From an uncultured Planctomycetaceae bacterium (GTDB lineage Bacteria; Planctomycetota; Phycisphaerae; Sedimentisphaerales; UBA12454), in assembly GCA_964492875.1 (NCBI GenBank), contig CAZBLD010000007.1, forward strand, positions 21,949-85,948: a DNA stretch of 64,000 bases, read 5' to 3'. The position numbers and the translations under genes were made by a program. Positions 9,192 through 18,242 of this stretch are shown here, one piece after another (the stretch's first letter is position 1; every line of letters starts with the position of its first letter). The notes below the pieces were generated by a model. It saw only the letters and a program-made list of their open reading frames with translations. It searched no databases and had not been told where the DNA came from.

Positions 9192-11171
9192 TTATTTTCG
9201 CGGCAGCCAGACTCTCATAGTTCCTGCACCGCGATTCGACCAGGCATAATAAGGAATTGCGGTCAGCTTTAATACTGTCTGACTGTTATTGGCTGGAACA
9301 TCACCTGTAATTATATTGACCCCATTGAGCAAATCAGTTCGTTTTTCCAGCTTTAATGCGGCATTGTCGGGCAATGTGAGCTCATCCAATCGGTTATTGT
9401 TATCTATGCCTTCGACACAATAAACAATAGGACCATATTCGAGAGCCGCCATATTCAGGTCGTCCTTTACTTTTTCGTTAGCTATTACATGGCGTATAAC
9501 CATAGGAAAGTTAACTTTAACCCTGTCTCCGACCTTCCATTTTCGAGTAATTGCTGCATAACCAAGACGTGTGCGATATTTTATTTCCCGGCCGTTTATT
9601 GTAATAACGACTTTGTCGCTTATTTTATCCGTATAAATATATAAGTCACTTGGGATAACCTGGTTTTGTGCCCAGCCGGGTATGCGGAGTTTCAGAGTGA
9701 ATTGCCCAGCTTTTTCAGGATTAATTACTATACTGACGTCTCCCTGCCAGGGATAATCCGTTTGTTGTTCAATAGTTACCTGCCTGTTTTCTAAATTCAC
9801 TTTTGCCTTATTGGATGCATAAAGGTTGACATACAACGTGTCTTTTTGTGCAGCATAAATCAAGCCCGGCAGTGAAGGAATAAAGCGAATGAGATTTGTC
9901 GGGCAGCATGAGCAGTCAAACCAGCTCTGGCGTGTTCCTGTCCCCTGATTGAAATTAAATTTACCATCGGCTTCTAAGGGGTTTACGTAAAAGAAGTTTT
10001 TTCCATCGAGTGATATACCCGCAATCAAACCATTGTATAAGGTGCGTTCAATAATATCATAATATTTTGCATCGCCCGAGAGCAGAAACAAACGATGATT
10101 CCAATATACATCGCCTATAGATGCACAGGTTTCGCTGTATGAAGTCAGGTTGCCAAGTTCATAATCTCTGCCTAATGATTCGCCTTCGTGTTTGGCTCCG
10201 ATACCGCCGGTAATATACATCTTGCGCTCTACCAGATTGTTCCAGATATTTTTCACCGCTTTAAGATACGCCGAATTGTTATAGATTGCCGCTATATCGG
10301 TCATACCAGCATACATATACACTGCCCGCACAGCGTGGCCGACAATTTCGGTTTGCTTTGTAACCGGTATATGGTCTTGGCTGTATTCGCCGTAGAGATG
10401 ATGCGTGTTTGGGTCTCCACGCCAATCGAGGAAACATTTGGCCAGTTGAAGGTATTTTTCATTACCGGTAATGCGGTAAAGTTTTACAAGTCCCGTTTCG
10501 ACAATTTGATGTCCCGGCGGAATTGTAAGTTTGCCCGGGCCGAAACTACGAACCAGTAAGTCAGCGTTTTTGATTGCGATATCAAGAAAATTGCGTTTGC
10601 CGGTGGCGATATAATGAGCCGCGGCGGCTTCGAACAGATGGCCGCTGTTATATAGTTCATGATTGCTTGCTTCGCCTGTCCATCGTTTGCCTGTTTTTTG
10701 TGCCCAGGGAGCAGGAGGATTATTGGGGTCGATAGTAAACCATGTCGTAATATAGCCATCAGGCTCCTGACCGATTTTGATAATGGCAATAACCGAATCA
10801 AGGTAAGCATCCAGTTCTTTGTTGGGAGCGATTATCAATGAGTTGGATGCTCCTTCGATAATTTTATACACATCTGAATCGTCAAAAGGCATCTTTCCGC
10901 GTACTTTACCTTTTCTTTTACCTCCGGCAATAAGGAAGTTCTCCATTCGGCCTTCTTTCTCGCATTTATCAAAGCCAAAAGCAATAGTCGTGTTTTGCAC
11001 CGTCCTGATTTTTGGCAGCCAGAAGCTGTCGGTTATCTCTACATTGTTAGGCCCAATCATAGAAATGGGATAATCTTTGTAATTTTTATGCTGCCCATAA
11101 CTTTGAACAGAAATTAAACATAAAAGCATAAACGAACAAAAAGCGTGTTTTTTCATTTTTTTGCCTTTCAT
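9192..11171 (-). CDS. Glycoside hydrolase family 127 (DUF1680, beta-L-arabinofuranosidase-like), secreted
   Basis: N-terminal signal peptide. HELYNSGHLFEAAAAHYIATGKRNFLD and LYRITGNEKYLQLAKCFLDWRG are typical GH127 blocks. Confidence 0.8.
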   Translation of the reverse strand: MKGKKMKKHAFCSFMLLCLISVQSYGQHKNYKDYPISMIGPNNVEITDSFWLPKIRTVQNTTIAFGFDKCEKEGRMENFLIAGGKRKGKVRGKMPFDDSDVYKIIEGASNSLIIAPNKELDAYLDSVIAIIKIGQEPDGYITTWFTIDPNNPPAPWAQKTGKRWTGEASNHELYNSGHLFEAAAAHYIATGKRNFLDIAIKNADLLVRSFGPGKLTIPPGHQIVETGLVKLYRITGNEKYLQLAKCFLDWRGDPNTHHLYGEYSQDHIPVTKQTEIVGHAVRAVYMYAGMTDIAAIYNNSAYLKAVKNIWNNLVERKMYITGGIGAKHEGESLGRDYELGNLTSYSETCASIGDVYWNHRLFLLSGDAKYYDIIERTLYNGLIAGISLDGKNFFYVNPLEADGKFNFNQGTGTRQSWFDCSCCPTNLIRFIPSLPGLIYAAQKDTLYVNLYASNKAKVNLENRQVTIEQQTDYPWQGDVSIVINPEKAGQFTLKLRIPGWAQNQVIPSDLYIYTDKISDKVVITINGREIKYRTRLGYAAITRKWKVGDRVKVNFPMVIRHVIANEKVKDDLNMAALEYGPIVYCVEGIDNNNRLDELTLPDNAALKLEKRTDLLNGVNIITGDVPANNSQTVLKLTAIPYYAWSNRGAGTMRVWLPRK

Positions 11172-11237
11172 ATTGAGAAACCTTTATATAGCTTCCGTCC
11201 AACCCAAAATCAAGATGAAAATTGGTCTAAAAAATCC

Positions 11238-11266
11238 GTGAAATCTGTGTAATCCGCGGTTAAAAT
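11238..11266 (+). promoter_or_regulatory. Promoter-like module GTGAAA-17-TAAAAT inside a dispersed CCGTGAAATC...GGTTAA repeat
   Basis: GTGAAA at 11238-11243, 17-nt spacer, TAAAAT at 11261-11266. The psd GTG start lies 6 nt downstream (11273). Confidence 0.4.
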
Positions 11267-11272
11267 AAACTT

Positions 11273-11956
11273 GTGAGAATTCCAATAACAAAATATGGTT
11301 TGCCGGAGGTTGTGATTTATCCCGGCCTATGTGTCCTTGCGATGGTGATAGCTGTTTTTGCTGTACCGGCTGGTGTATTACTTTGTGTTTTTGAGGCTGT
11401 TTTGGCAATTGTTTTGGTCTGGCTTTTATCTTTTTTCCGTGACCCTAAGCGCAATATCCCGGCGGGGGATAATTTAATTCTTTCGCCTGCTGATGGAACG
11501 GTAACTGATATTGAAGAGGTTGACGAATCTGACTTTATCGGCGGCAGGGTGGTCAGAATTGGAATTTTTTTGAGTATATTTGATGTCCATATAAACCGGA
11601 CACCTTGCGGCGTCAGGATTGAAAAAATCACTTATCGCAGGGGGAAGTTTAAAAATGCCTTAAATCCTGCCAGCGGCGGAGTTAATGAAAGCAATGACAT
11701 AGCGATGACTCGGATTGTCGAGCCGTCTGATAAACTTCTTGTCCGTCAGATAGCTGGTGCCATCGCCCGCAGGATTGTCTGTGATGCAGCGGAAGGTCAG
11801 GAATTTTCTGGCGGAGCGGTTTTGGGTATGATAAAATTTGGTTCCAGGACTGAGCTTTACCTGCTGGCCGGAAGTTCAGCAAAAATAATCGCTAAAAAAG
11901 GCGACAAGGTAAAAGCCGGCATTACGGTGCTTGCAAAATATGACAGAGCTGGTTAG
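11273..11956 (+). CDS. psd: Phosphatidylserine decarboxylase proenzyme
   Basis: N-terminal TM segments, FLSIFDVHINRTP, and a C-terminal FGSRTELYL self-cleavage-type motif. Confidence 0.85.
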   Translation: MRIPITKYGLPEVVIYPGLCVLAMVIAVFAVPAGVLLCVFEAVLAIVLVWLLSFFRDPKRNIPAGDNLILSPADGTVTDIEEVDESDFIGGRVVRIGIFLSIFDVHINRTPCGVRIEKITYRRGKFKNALNPASGGVNESNDIAMTRIVEPSDKLLVRQIAGAIARRIVCDAAEGQEFSGGAVLGMIKFGSRTELYLLAGSSAKIIAKKGDKVKAGITVLAKYDRAG

Positions 11957-12878
11957 CAGATCGGAACGTGCCAAGCGAAGCCTTTTGCGAACCGTTCGCA
12001 GACAAAGGCTCAAGTACATTACCGTTCTTCCCTCGCTGGTAACGCTTATCAATGGTGCCTGCGGTTTCGCTGCGATTGTTTTTGCCTCCAGGGCCGGCCA
12101 GGCTGACCTTGATGGTCTTAACGTTTATCATCATCAGTTCCCGTTCTTTTCTATGGCCTGCTATATGATTTTTTTTGCGATGCTTGCCGATATGCTGGAC
12201 GGCCATTTGGCCAGGATTAGTCAGAACACCAGCAGTTTTGGTGGTCAGCTCGACAGTCTTTGTGATGTAATCAGCTTCGGCGTTGCTCCTGCCTTTTTAA
12301 TGTTGCGTGTGGTTGAGAGCAGTGTTACGTTCAGTCCGGCCTTCGATGTTTTTATATATCGTTTTCTCTGGCTCACCGCCGCCATATATATCAGTTGTGC
12401 CGCCATACGTCTTGCAAGGTTCAACGTTGAAAACGAGGAGGATGAGGCGAGCCATATGAATTTCTCGGGTCTTCCGACTCCTGTCGCCGCAGGCGTGATT
12501 ACCAGTCTTATTATTCTCAATCAGGACATTGTCAAAAAAATCGACGTCACCCAGACTTTCTTTTCTTATATGGGGCACAATATTATTATTGCCGTTTTGC
12601 CTTTTGTTGCGCTGGGCGTGTCGGTTCTTATGGTCAGTAGAATTCGTTATCCGCACATCCTGAATCAGTATCTTCACGGCAGAAAGCCTTTTGCATATCT
12701 TATAAGGGCGATAGCTTTTCTTGTGATAATCATTTTCAGTTTTGAAGTTGCCCTTGTTCTGGTCTTCTGTAGTTTTGCCGCAAGCGGCTTTTTGAGATGG
12801 TTTTATTATCGTGTAATTGCTCACAGGGACGCCCCTGGTGAAGCCCAGGAGCCGCCGCTGCTTACGATTTCGCACTGA
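11931..12878 (+). CDS. pssA: CDP-diacylglycerol--serine O-phosphatidyltransferase
   Basis: CDP-alcohol phosphatidyltransferase signature DMLDGHLARISQNTSSFGGQLDSLCDVISFG. Overlaps the psd 3' end. ATG 11940 is an alternative start. Confidence 0.85.
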   Translation: MQNMTELVSRSERAKRSLLRTVRRQRLKYITVLPSLVTLINGACGFAAIVFASRAGQADLDGLNVYHHQFPFFSMACYMIFFAMLADMLDGHLARISQNTSSFGGQLDSLCDVISFGVAPAFLMLRVVESSVTFSPAFDVFIYRFLWLTAAIYISCAAIRLARFNVENEEDEASHMNFSGLPTPVAAGVITSLIILNQDIVKKIDVTQTFFSYMGHNIIIAVLPFVALGVSVLMVSRIRYPHILNQYLHGRKPFAYLIRAIAFLVIIIFSFEVALVLVFCSFAASGFLRWFYYRVIAHRDAPGEAQEPPLLTISH

Positions 12879-12995
12879 TAGCTGAGTTTTGCGTTCTTCT
12901 TTATTTTTCCTTGCCGTTTTCCTTCAAAATATTATCATTGTTAGTTTATCTTTATTTATTCGGGCCGGCATAGCCGACATTAAAAGGGGCATAAC

Positions 12996-13838
12996 TTGAA
13001 GGAAAGCAAAAAACATATTTCGCGTGAGTTAGGTCTTGAAATCGGCCATATTCTCGGCAAAGGCGTGCTCAAACTTGAGCATCTGCATTACGGCCTGTGG
13101 AAAAAGGGCTTGGAGCCGGACCTTCTCAATCTTCACACCGCTCAGGAAGAGTACTGCAGGTTTGTAGTTTCGCACATTCCTGCAGAGGTAAAGTCAATTC
13201 TTGATGTGGGCTGCGGCACAGGTGCATTTTCAAAGCGGCTTATAGATTTGGGTTATAAGGTGGACTGTGTTTGTCCTACTGAGTATCAGAATGAGCTTGT
13301 CGAAGGGCTGCTCGGCGGCAGCAGCGAAATCTTCAAGTGCAAATTTGAGGATATTCAAACCGGCAAAAAATACGATATGGTGATGTTCTGCGAGAGCTTT
13401 CAGTATATCGACCTTGACCGCGTAATTGATATAGCAGCGTCTCTTGTAAGGCAGGGTGGTTTTCTGTTAATCTGTGATTTTTTCAAAAAGCATTCTGCTG
13501 TCCCCGGCGGTCTCAAGGGCGGCCACAAGCTCGACAAATTTATGAATCTTCTCGGACAGTCGCCTTTTAAAATAATTGAGGATATTGATATCACCGAACA
13601 AACCGCTCCGAATATGGACATTTTGGACAGAGCCACAAAAGAGGTAATGATACCGGTTGTCAACGCTGCAGAGCGATTCTTTAAAAGTCGTCATCCGATT
13701 GTTTTGAAGATTTTAAAATGGAGATACAAAAAGAAGATTGAAAAGACCGAGCAAAAGTATCTCAGGGGCAGCCGCACCGGCAAAGACTTTGCAGAACACA
13801 AAACCTACAGACTCTTTGTCTGCCGCAAAGCAAAATAG
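12996..13838 (+). CDS. Class I SAM-dependent methyltransferase
   Basis: Motif I ILDVGCGTGAFSKRL, HYGLW block, DMVMFCESFQY. TTG start per the ORF track. Confidence 0.75.
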   Translation: MKESKKHISRELGLEIGHILGKGVLKLEHLHYGLWKKGLEPDLLNLHTAQEEYCRFVVSHIPAEVKSILDVGCGTGAFSKRLIDLGYKVDCVCPTEYQNELVEGLLGGSSEIFKCKFEDIQTGKKYDMVMFCESFQYIDLDRVIDIAASLVRQGGFLLICDFFKKHSAVPGGLKGGHKLDKFMNLLGQSPFKIIEDIDITEQTAPNMDILDRATKEVMIPVVNAAERFFKSRHPIVLKILKWRYKKKIEKTEQKYLRGSRTGKDFAEHKTYRLFVCRKAK

Positions 13839-13844
13839 AGGAAT

Positions 13845-15593
13845 TTATTCAAATTGAATATCGTTTAAGACAAGCTGGACGGAATTTTGGCCGTAGAAGT
13901 TGTCTATTTGCGGCTCAAAAGCGATACTGAAAAATTCATTTTCCAAAAGCTTTTTTTCCAGATGAGCCATATTAAAGCCGATACATCGTGCATTTGCGCC
14001 GCTGTCGCAGACGGCTAATTGCAGATGTTCGCCGCCCTGGCCTACTCTTCTCGGCGAGGCAATCAATCTTATGCCTCTTGCTGCGAAAGTCGGTGAAGGA
14101 TTGCCTCTTCCGAACGGGCCGAGCATCGCCAGCGATTTTATAAGAGGCACGCTCAAATCCGAAAGTCGGCAGACCGCGTCGATTTCGAGTCTATTGACGA
14201 ATTCGTCGGCGTTCCAGTTTTCAGCGGCATAGTTTTCGAAGGCTGCTGCGAAGCTGCTTATTTTATCGACATCGATTGTCAGTCCTGCCGCCATAGTATG
14301 TCCGCCGAATGAAATTAGTTCGTTGCTGCAGGCGGTAATAGCTTCGAGGATGTCGAATCCTTCGATTGAGCGTGCCGAGCCTTGGGCTTTGTCGTTTGCA
14401 ATGTTGAACAGGATGGCGGGTTTGTAGTATTTATCGACGAGTCTTGATGCGACTATGCCGATTACGCCGGTATGCCAGTCGCTGCTTGCAAGGACGATTG
14501 TCTTCTTGTCGGCTTGGTCGAGGCCGGCGCTGCTTATCATATCGCAGGCATGTTTGTATATTTTCTTTTCGAGCAGTTGTCGTTGTTTGTTCTGCTGTTT
14601 AAGGTATTCTGCAATTCGGATTGCCCTGATATCATTATCGCACGTTAGCAGCTCGACGGCCAGTCTGGCGTGTCCCATTCTGCCGGCTGCGTTGAGCATC
14701 GGCGCAAGGCAGAAGCCTATATGGAAGCTGTCGATTGTCTGGGTTGTGAGATTTGCGGCATTGACTAATGCCTTCATTCCCGGCAGGTTGGACTCGGCGA
14801 AGGCCCGCAGGCCGAAGCTGCTGATGATTCTGTTTTCGCCGCGCATATCGATTACGTCTGCGATTGTGCCCATCGCGGCGAAAATCGTGGCGTTAATCAG
14901 GAATTGCCTGAGATGTTGCGGCGTAGTGCCGCTGCCTTTGAAGCGGTTGATAACAGCCCATGCAAGCTTAAAGGCCACAGTAGAACCGGCACTTAATTGT
15001 GCAGGATAGTTTTCATCAAGGTTCGGATGCACAATCGCAATCGCCTGCGGCAATGAGCCGTCCGGAGATAATCTATGATGGTCTGTGATAATCAGGTCGA
15101 TATTATTAGCTTTGGCAGCCAGTGCCGATTCAAAGGCTGTTATGCCGCAATCGACGCTGATAATCAGTTTTGCGCCTGACTGAGCGATTTGCTCAACCGC
15201 CTCGATATTCAGGCCGTAACCTTCATCTATTCTGTGCGGGATGTAATAATCTACGTCAGCCGCCAGCAACTTAAAAAGTCCCAGCAGAATTGTAACAGCA
15301 GTTATTCCGTCAACGTCATAATCGCCGTAGATGGTGATTTTTTGTTTGTCTTTTATTGCTTTTTCAATTCGCTCGATAGCCGTGCCGATGCCGGGCATCA
15401 ATTCAGGTTCGACAAGTTCATTGAGTTTGGGGTTGAGGAAGTTTTTCGCTTCATCGGGATTTTTGACGCCGCGGTTTATAAGCACCTGTGCAAGCAGGGG
15501 CGGTATTTTCAGTTCGTTCGCCAGTTGCCCCGCCAAACTGTCAGCGGGTAAAATGTGCCATTGTTTCTTTTGCATCCTTGCCGCCAGACGCAT
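13845..15593 (-). CDS. recJ: Single-stranded-DNA-specific exonuclease RecJ
   Basis: DHH motifs (YGDYDVDGIT, DCGI, ITDHH) and the DHHA1 block GGHTMAAGL. Confidence 0.9.
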   Translation of the reverse strand: MRLAARMQKKQWHILPADSLAGQLANELKIPPLLAQVLINRGVKNPDEAKNFLNPKLNELVEPELMPGIGTAIERIEKAIKDKQKITIYGDYDVDGITAVTILLGLFKLLAADVDYYIPHRIDEGYGLNIEAVEQIAQSGAKLIISVDCGITAFESALAAKANNIDLIITDHHRLSPDGSLPQAIAIVHPNLDENYPAQLSAGSTVAFKLAWAVINRFKGSGTTPQHLRQFLINATIFAAMGTIADVIDMRGENRIISSFGLRAFAESNLPGMKALVNAANLTTQTIDSFHIGFCLAPMLNAAGRMGHARLAVELLTCDNDIRAIRIAEYLKQQNKQRQLLEKKIYKHACDMISSAGLDQADKKTIVLASSDWHTGVIGIVASRLVDKYYKPAILFNIANDKAQGSARSIEGFDILEAITACSNELISFGGHTMAAGLTIDVDKISSFAAAFENYAAENWNADEFVNRLEIDAVCRLSDLSVPLIKSLAMLGPFGRGNPSPTFAARGIRLIASPRRVGQGGEHLQLAVCDSGANARCIGFNMAHLEKKLLENEFFSIAFEPQIDNFYGQNSVQLVLNDIQFE

Positions 15594-15698
15594 TTGTATG
15601 CCTTAAATACGATAAGCTTTTTATCCGTTTCAGTGATAGATTATAACAGAGAGTCAGGCTTTGTCAAAGTCTGTCATTGGCGCAAAGGGTTTGTTTAG

Positions 15699-15719
15699 CC
15701 CCGAAGCCTGTCTTCGGGG
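15699..15719. other. GC hairpin CCCCGAAG-n5-CTTCGGGG downstream of the 15756-16832 gene
   Basis: Perfect 8-bp stem. No clear U-tract on the minus strand, so a terminator role is uncertain. Confidence 0.3.
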
Positions 15720-15755
15720 TTATTTCTCACTAATTCTTGACCCTCAGAACTGGTT

Positions 15756-16832
15756 TTACTTGGCTGTTGTATTTGGTGTCGGCACTGCTGGTGCTGCCGG
15801 TGCTGTGGCTGGTTGTGGTACATAGTGCAGCATAATATCATTGTTGCCTGTGCCGCCTTTATAGGTCAGCGTATAATTATAGTTATTTCCACCAAAATTC
15901 AGAACCACACCAGTGCCTTCCGGTGCAGGATTGCCGTTGACCGTATCGAAAGTGCCGTTAACGGGACTGCTGCCCTGATTCTCGATAAGAAGAATATCAG
16001 CCTTTGGCGGTTCGCCGATGGCACTGACAATCAGCCTGGCTGTAACATCTGCGTTGGCTAAGTCAATGGAAATACCGTCCGAAACCCGAATCGGGCTTAC
16101 GCCTGTTGGACCAATCTTGAATTCAAGGGTACCTTTGCAGCCAATGCTGCCATTGCTTGCGACACAGAGTCTTTTAAGGTTAATATTGGCGGCACTGCCT
16201 GCTATGGTAAATGTTCCTTCGGTTGGCCCTCTGCCTCCGATTCCCGCTATATACAGGCCTGCATTGTCGTTTGTAGGATTATACGTAATGGTCCCGCCGC
16301 TGATGGTATAAAAGCCTTTGCCCTCATTGGGGTTTTTCTCGCTGGTTCCGTAGCGTCCTACTACAAGATTATCAGACAGATTTACCGTTCCTCCTGTCTG
16401 GTTTACGCGCCCGTAAGGGCCGCCGGTTGTAGAGCCGCCGCAGCCGACGCGGAATTCACCTATGCCGAGGATTCCGCCGGGTGCGATTTCCAGTCTTGGT
16501 GCGTTTGACTCTTCGGACCCGCCGGCTATACTGAGTTTGCACAGGTAATTTCCTGCGTTGCTGTCAAGTGTGCACACCGTTTTAGCTCTGATGATTTTTA
16601 TTTCATCTTTACTTATGCTTGGCCCCGGCGGAAGATGGACTGGCGGGCTATTCCAGTAGGCTTCTTTCCATGGGCCTGTCCCTGGGGTACATGCAGGCCG
16701 GTTCGCATCCGTTGGCAGGTTGGGGTCTGGTGCGGGACAGCCGTACCAGTTGCCGATAGTAACCGAAAATCCATTCCCAGCCGTGAAGATGGTTATTATG
16801 GCAATTACAATTAGCAGCATTTTGAGTCTCAT
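15756..16832 (-). CDS. Secreted Gly/Thr/Asn-rich beta-strand-repeat protein, function unknown
   Basis: Signal peptide MRLKMLLIVIAIITIFTA. Repeated GGT(V/I)-type beta-helix-like segments. Pro/Ala/Thr-rich C-terminus. Confidence 0.55.
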   Translation of the reverse strand: MRLKMLLIVIAIITIFTAGNGFSVTIGNWYGCPAPDPNLPTDANRPACTPGTGPWKEAYWNSPPVHLPPGPSISKDEIKIIRAKTVCTLDSNAGNYLCKLSIAGGSEESNAPRLEIAPGGILGIGEFRVGCGGSTTGGPYGRVNQTGGTVNLSDNLVVGRYGTSEKNPNEGKGFYTISGGTITYNPTNDNAGLYIAGIGGRGPTEGTFTIAGSAANINLKRLCVASNGSIGCKGTLEFKIGPTGVSPIRVSDGISIDLANADVTARLIVSAIGEPPKADILLIENQGSSPVNGTFDTVNGNPAPEGTGVVLNFGGNNYNYTLTYKGGTGNNDIMLHYVPQPATAPAAPAVPTPNTTAK

Positions 16833-16871
16833 TTTTTGTCTCCTTAAAACTTAACTAATTTAAATAATTAT

Positions 16872-16924
16872 AAATCTTTGTGTCTTTGTCCTTAGGACTC
16901 CTAACGGAGTGTCTTCGTGGCTAA
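16872..16924 (+). repeat. Dispersed element AAATCTTTGTGTCTTTGTCCTTAGGACTCCTAACGGAGTG-CTT-GTGGCTAA, copy 1
   Basis: Near-identical copy at 17764-17807. Its core recurs in reverse orientation at 23792-23821 and 32163-32190. Short versions occur at 43199-43230 and 46607-46672. Confidence 0.85.
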
Positions 16925-17047
16925 TTTTCGTACGCTTGCAGGCAAAAGGCAAGACAATTCTATCCGCCGTAGCCTTGGCGAAGGAGGATTTTACGCAATA
17001 TGATAGTTTGTTTTGCGCAAGCCTGTCCTGAGATACTAATTTTGAAT

Positions 17048-17632
17048 TTATTCAAAATTAAGCGCTGCGAACCTCCCTCTGTACTTCTTTGCCGCTTCAT
17101 CGTATGCCCTTGCTGCCTCTTCCTCGCTGTCGAAATAGCCTAAATGTTTTGGTTTTAAGTCGGTATGGATATACGCACGCCATTTCCCGCGTTTTTCATC
17201 CCTGCAGACTCCTCTGTATTTTGACCCGCTTGGCCTTCCTCTTTTTGTGCAGTTTAGCGCGTTTTGTCTATGGTCAGCGAATTGCAGATTAGCTTTTCTG
17301 TTATCAAGGCCGTTGCGGTTTTTATGGTCAACGATAGTTCCCGCCGTTGCCTGCATTATTTCCCTGTGCATATATATAATCTTCCATTTCCCGTCTTCCA
17401 GCAGCATCCGCCACGCATAACAGGTATTTTTGCATTCTTTAAGCAGCCACTCGCACCGGCAGAGTTGCGCATAATCTTCAGGGTCAACTATTGCGTACTG
17501 TCCGCCGACAAGTCTGATTTTACGAAACGCAAATCCATATTGTTTCCGCCGGTACCAAAGCAGTATCGCCGCGCCGATGGTTTCTAACCAATTCGGAACA
17601 GCAATAGGAATATGAAGATGATGTATTTTCAT
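17048..17632 (-). CDS. HNH endonuclease fused to an AP2 DNA-binding domain
   Basis: HNH_3-like IVDHKNRNGLDNRKANLQFADHRQN, followed by the AP2 block SKYRGVCRDEKRGKWRAYI...LGYFDSEEEAARAYDEAAKKYRG. Confidence 0.8.
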   Translation of the reverse strand: MKIHHLHIPIAVPNWLETIGAAILLWYRRKQYGFAFRKIRLVGGQYAIVDPEDYAQLCRCEWLLKECKNTCYAWRMLLEDGKWKIIYMHREIMQATAGTIVDHKNRNGLDNRKANLQFADHRQNALNCTKRGRPSGSKYRGVCRDEKRGKWRAYIHTDLKPKHLGYFDSEEEAARAYDEAAKKYRGRFAALNFE

Positions 17633-17701
17633 CGGAATTTAAAAATTATTTAGGTATTTTTAATTAGTTTTGAACTTGTCTGCCGATATCGTTTTTGACA
17701 T

Positions 17702-17757
17702 TTGAATTTTGGTTATTCGAATTTGTTTAGGATTTAGAAATTAGGATTTAGGATTTT
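17702..17757 (+). repeat. TTGAA...TTTAGGATTTAG low-complexity element, copy 1
   Basis: Related copies at 17952-18015 and 25433-25466, and a reverse-complement-like copy at about 23430-23465. Confidence 0.7.
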
Positions 17758-17763
17758 TCTTTC

Positions 17764-17807
17764 TGTCTTTGTCCTTAGGACTCCTAACGGAGTGCCTTTG
17801 TGGCTAA
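17764..17807 (+). repeat. Dispersed GTCCTTAGGACTCCTAACGGAG element, copy 2
   Basis: Direct repeat of 16881-16924, in the same orientation, on the other side of the HNH-AP2 gene. Confidence 0.85.
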
Positions 17808-17951
17808 ATTTATTCACTTTTCACTTAATAATACCGGTATTTTACCATATTTACAACAAAAAGTCAAGGAAAATCCGCTTTTTTTACTTAAAAAAGTGGT
17901 TTTTCTTTCACCGTTTCACGCTTGTCCTGAACAATGTTGAAGGGGCGGGTT

Positions 17952-18015
17952 TTGAACTTTTGGTAATTGGTATTTAGGATTTGTTTAGAATTTAGGATTT
18001 AGTGCTTAGGATTTT
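17952..18015 (+). repeat. TTGAA...TTTAGGATTTAG low-complexity element, copy 2
   Basis: Aligns by eye with 17702-17757. Confidence 0.7.
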
Positions 18016-18062
18016 CTTCTCTCTACTCTCGATTTTCGATTATCTCGCCCTTGGCGCGGTTT

Positions 18063-18184
18063 AGCCCCGCCTGCCCCGCACATATTTAATATTCTTATTC
18101 TACTCATTTTTATACTTATTGAATGAATAGGTGCGGGGTCGATTTTCTGCCCTTGCAGGGGCAAGGGCGGGGATAGGTGCGGGG
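18063..18184. repeat. Cluster of GC-rich CCCCGCAC / GGTGCGGGG motifs around an AT-rich core
   Basis: CCCCGCAC at 18074-18081. GGTGCGGGG at 18130-18138 and 18176-18184. Palindrome CCCTTGCAGGGGCAAGGG at about 18149-18166. Confidence 0.7.
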
Positions 18185-18242
18185 TTCCGGTCTGTCTTTT
18201 GCCATTTACCGCAACACCTCATAGTATCAATATATAAAATTC

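Noticed and set aside
17792-17977. 61-aa ORF between the HNH-AP2 gene and the operon
   Set aside because: It is Phe/Leu/Lys-rich low-complexity translation of AT-rich repeat DNA. It starts inside the GTCCTTAGGACTCC element and has no RBS.
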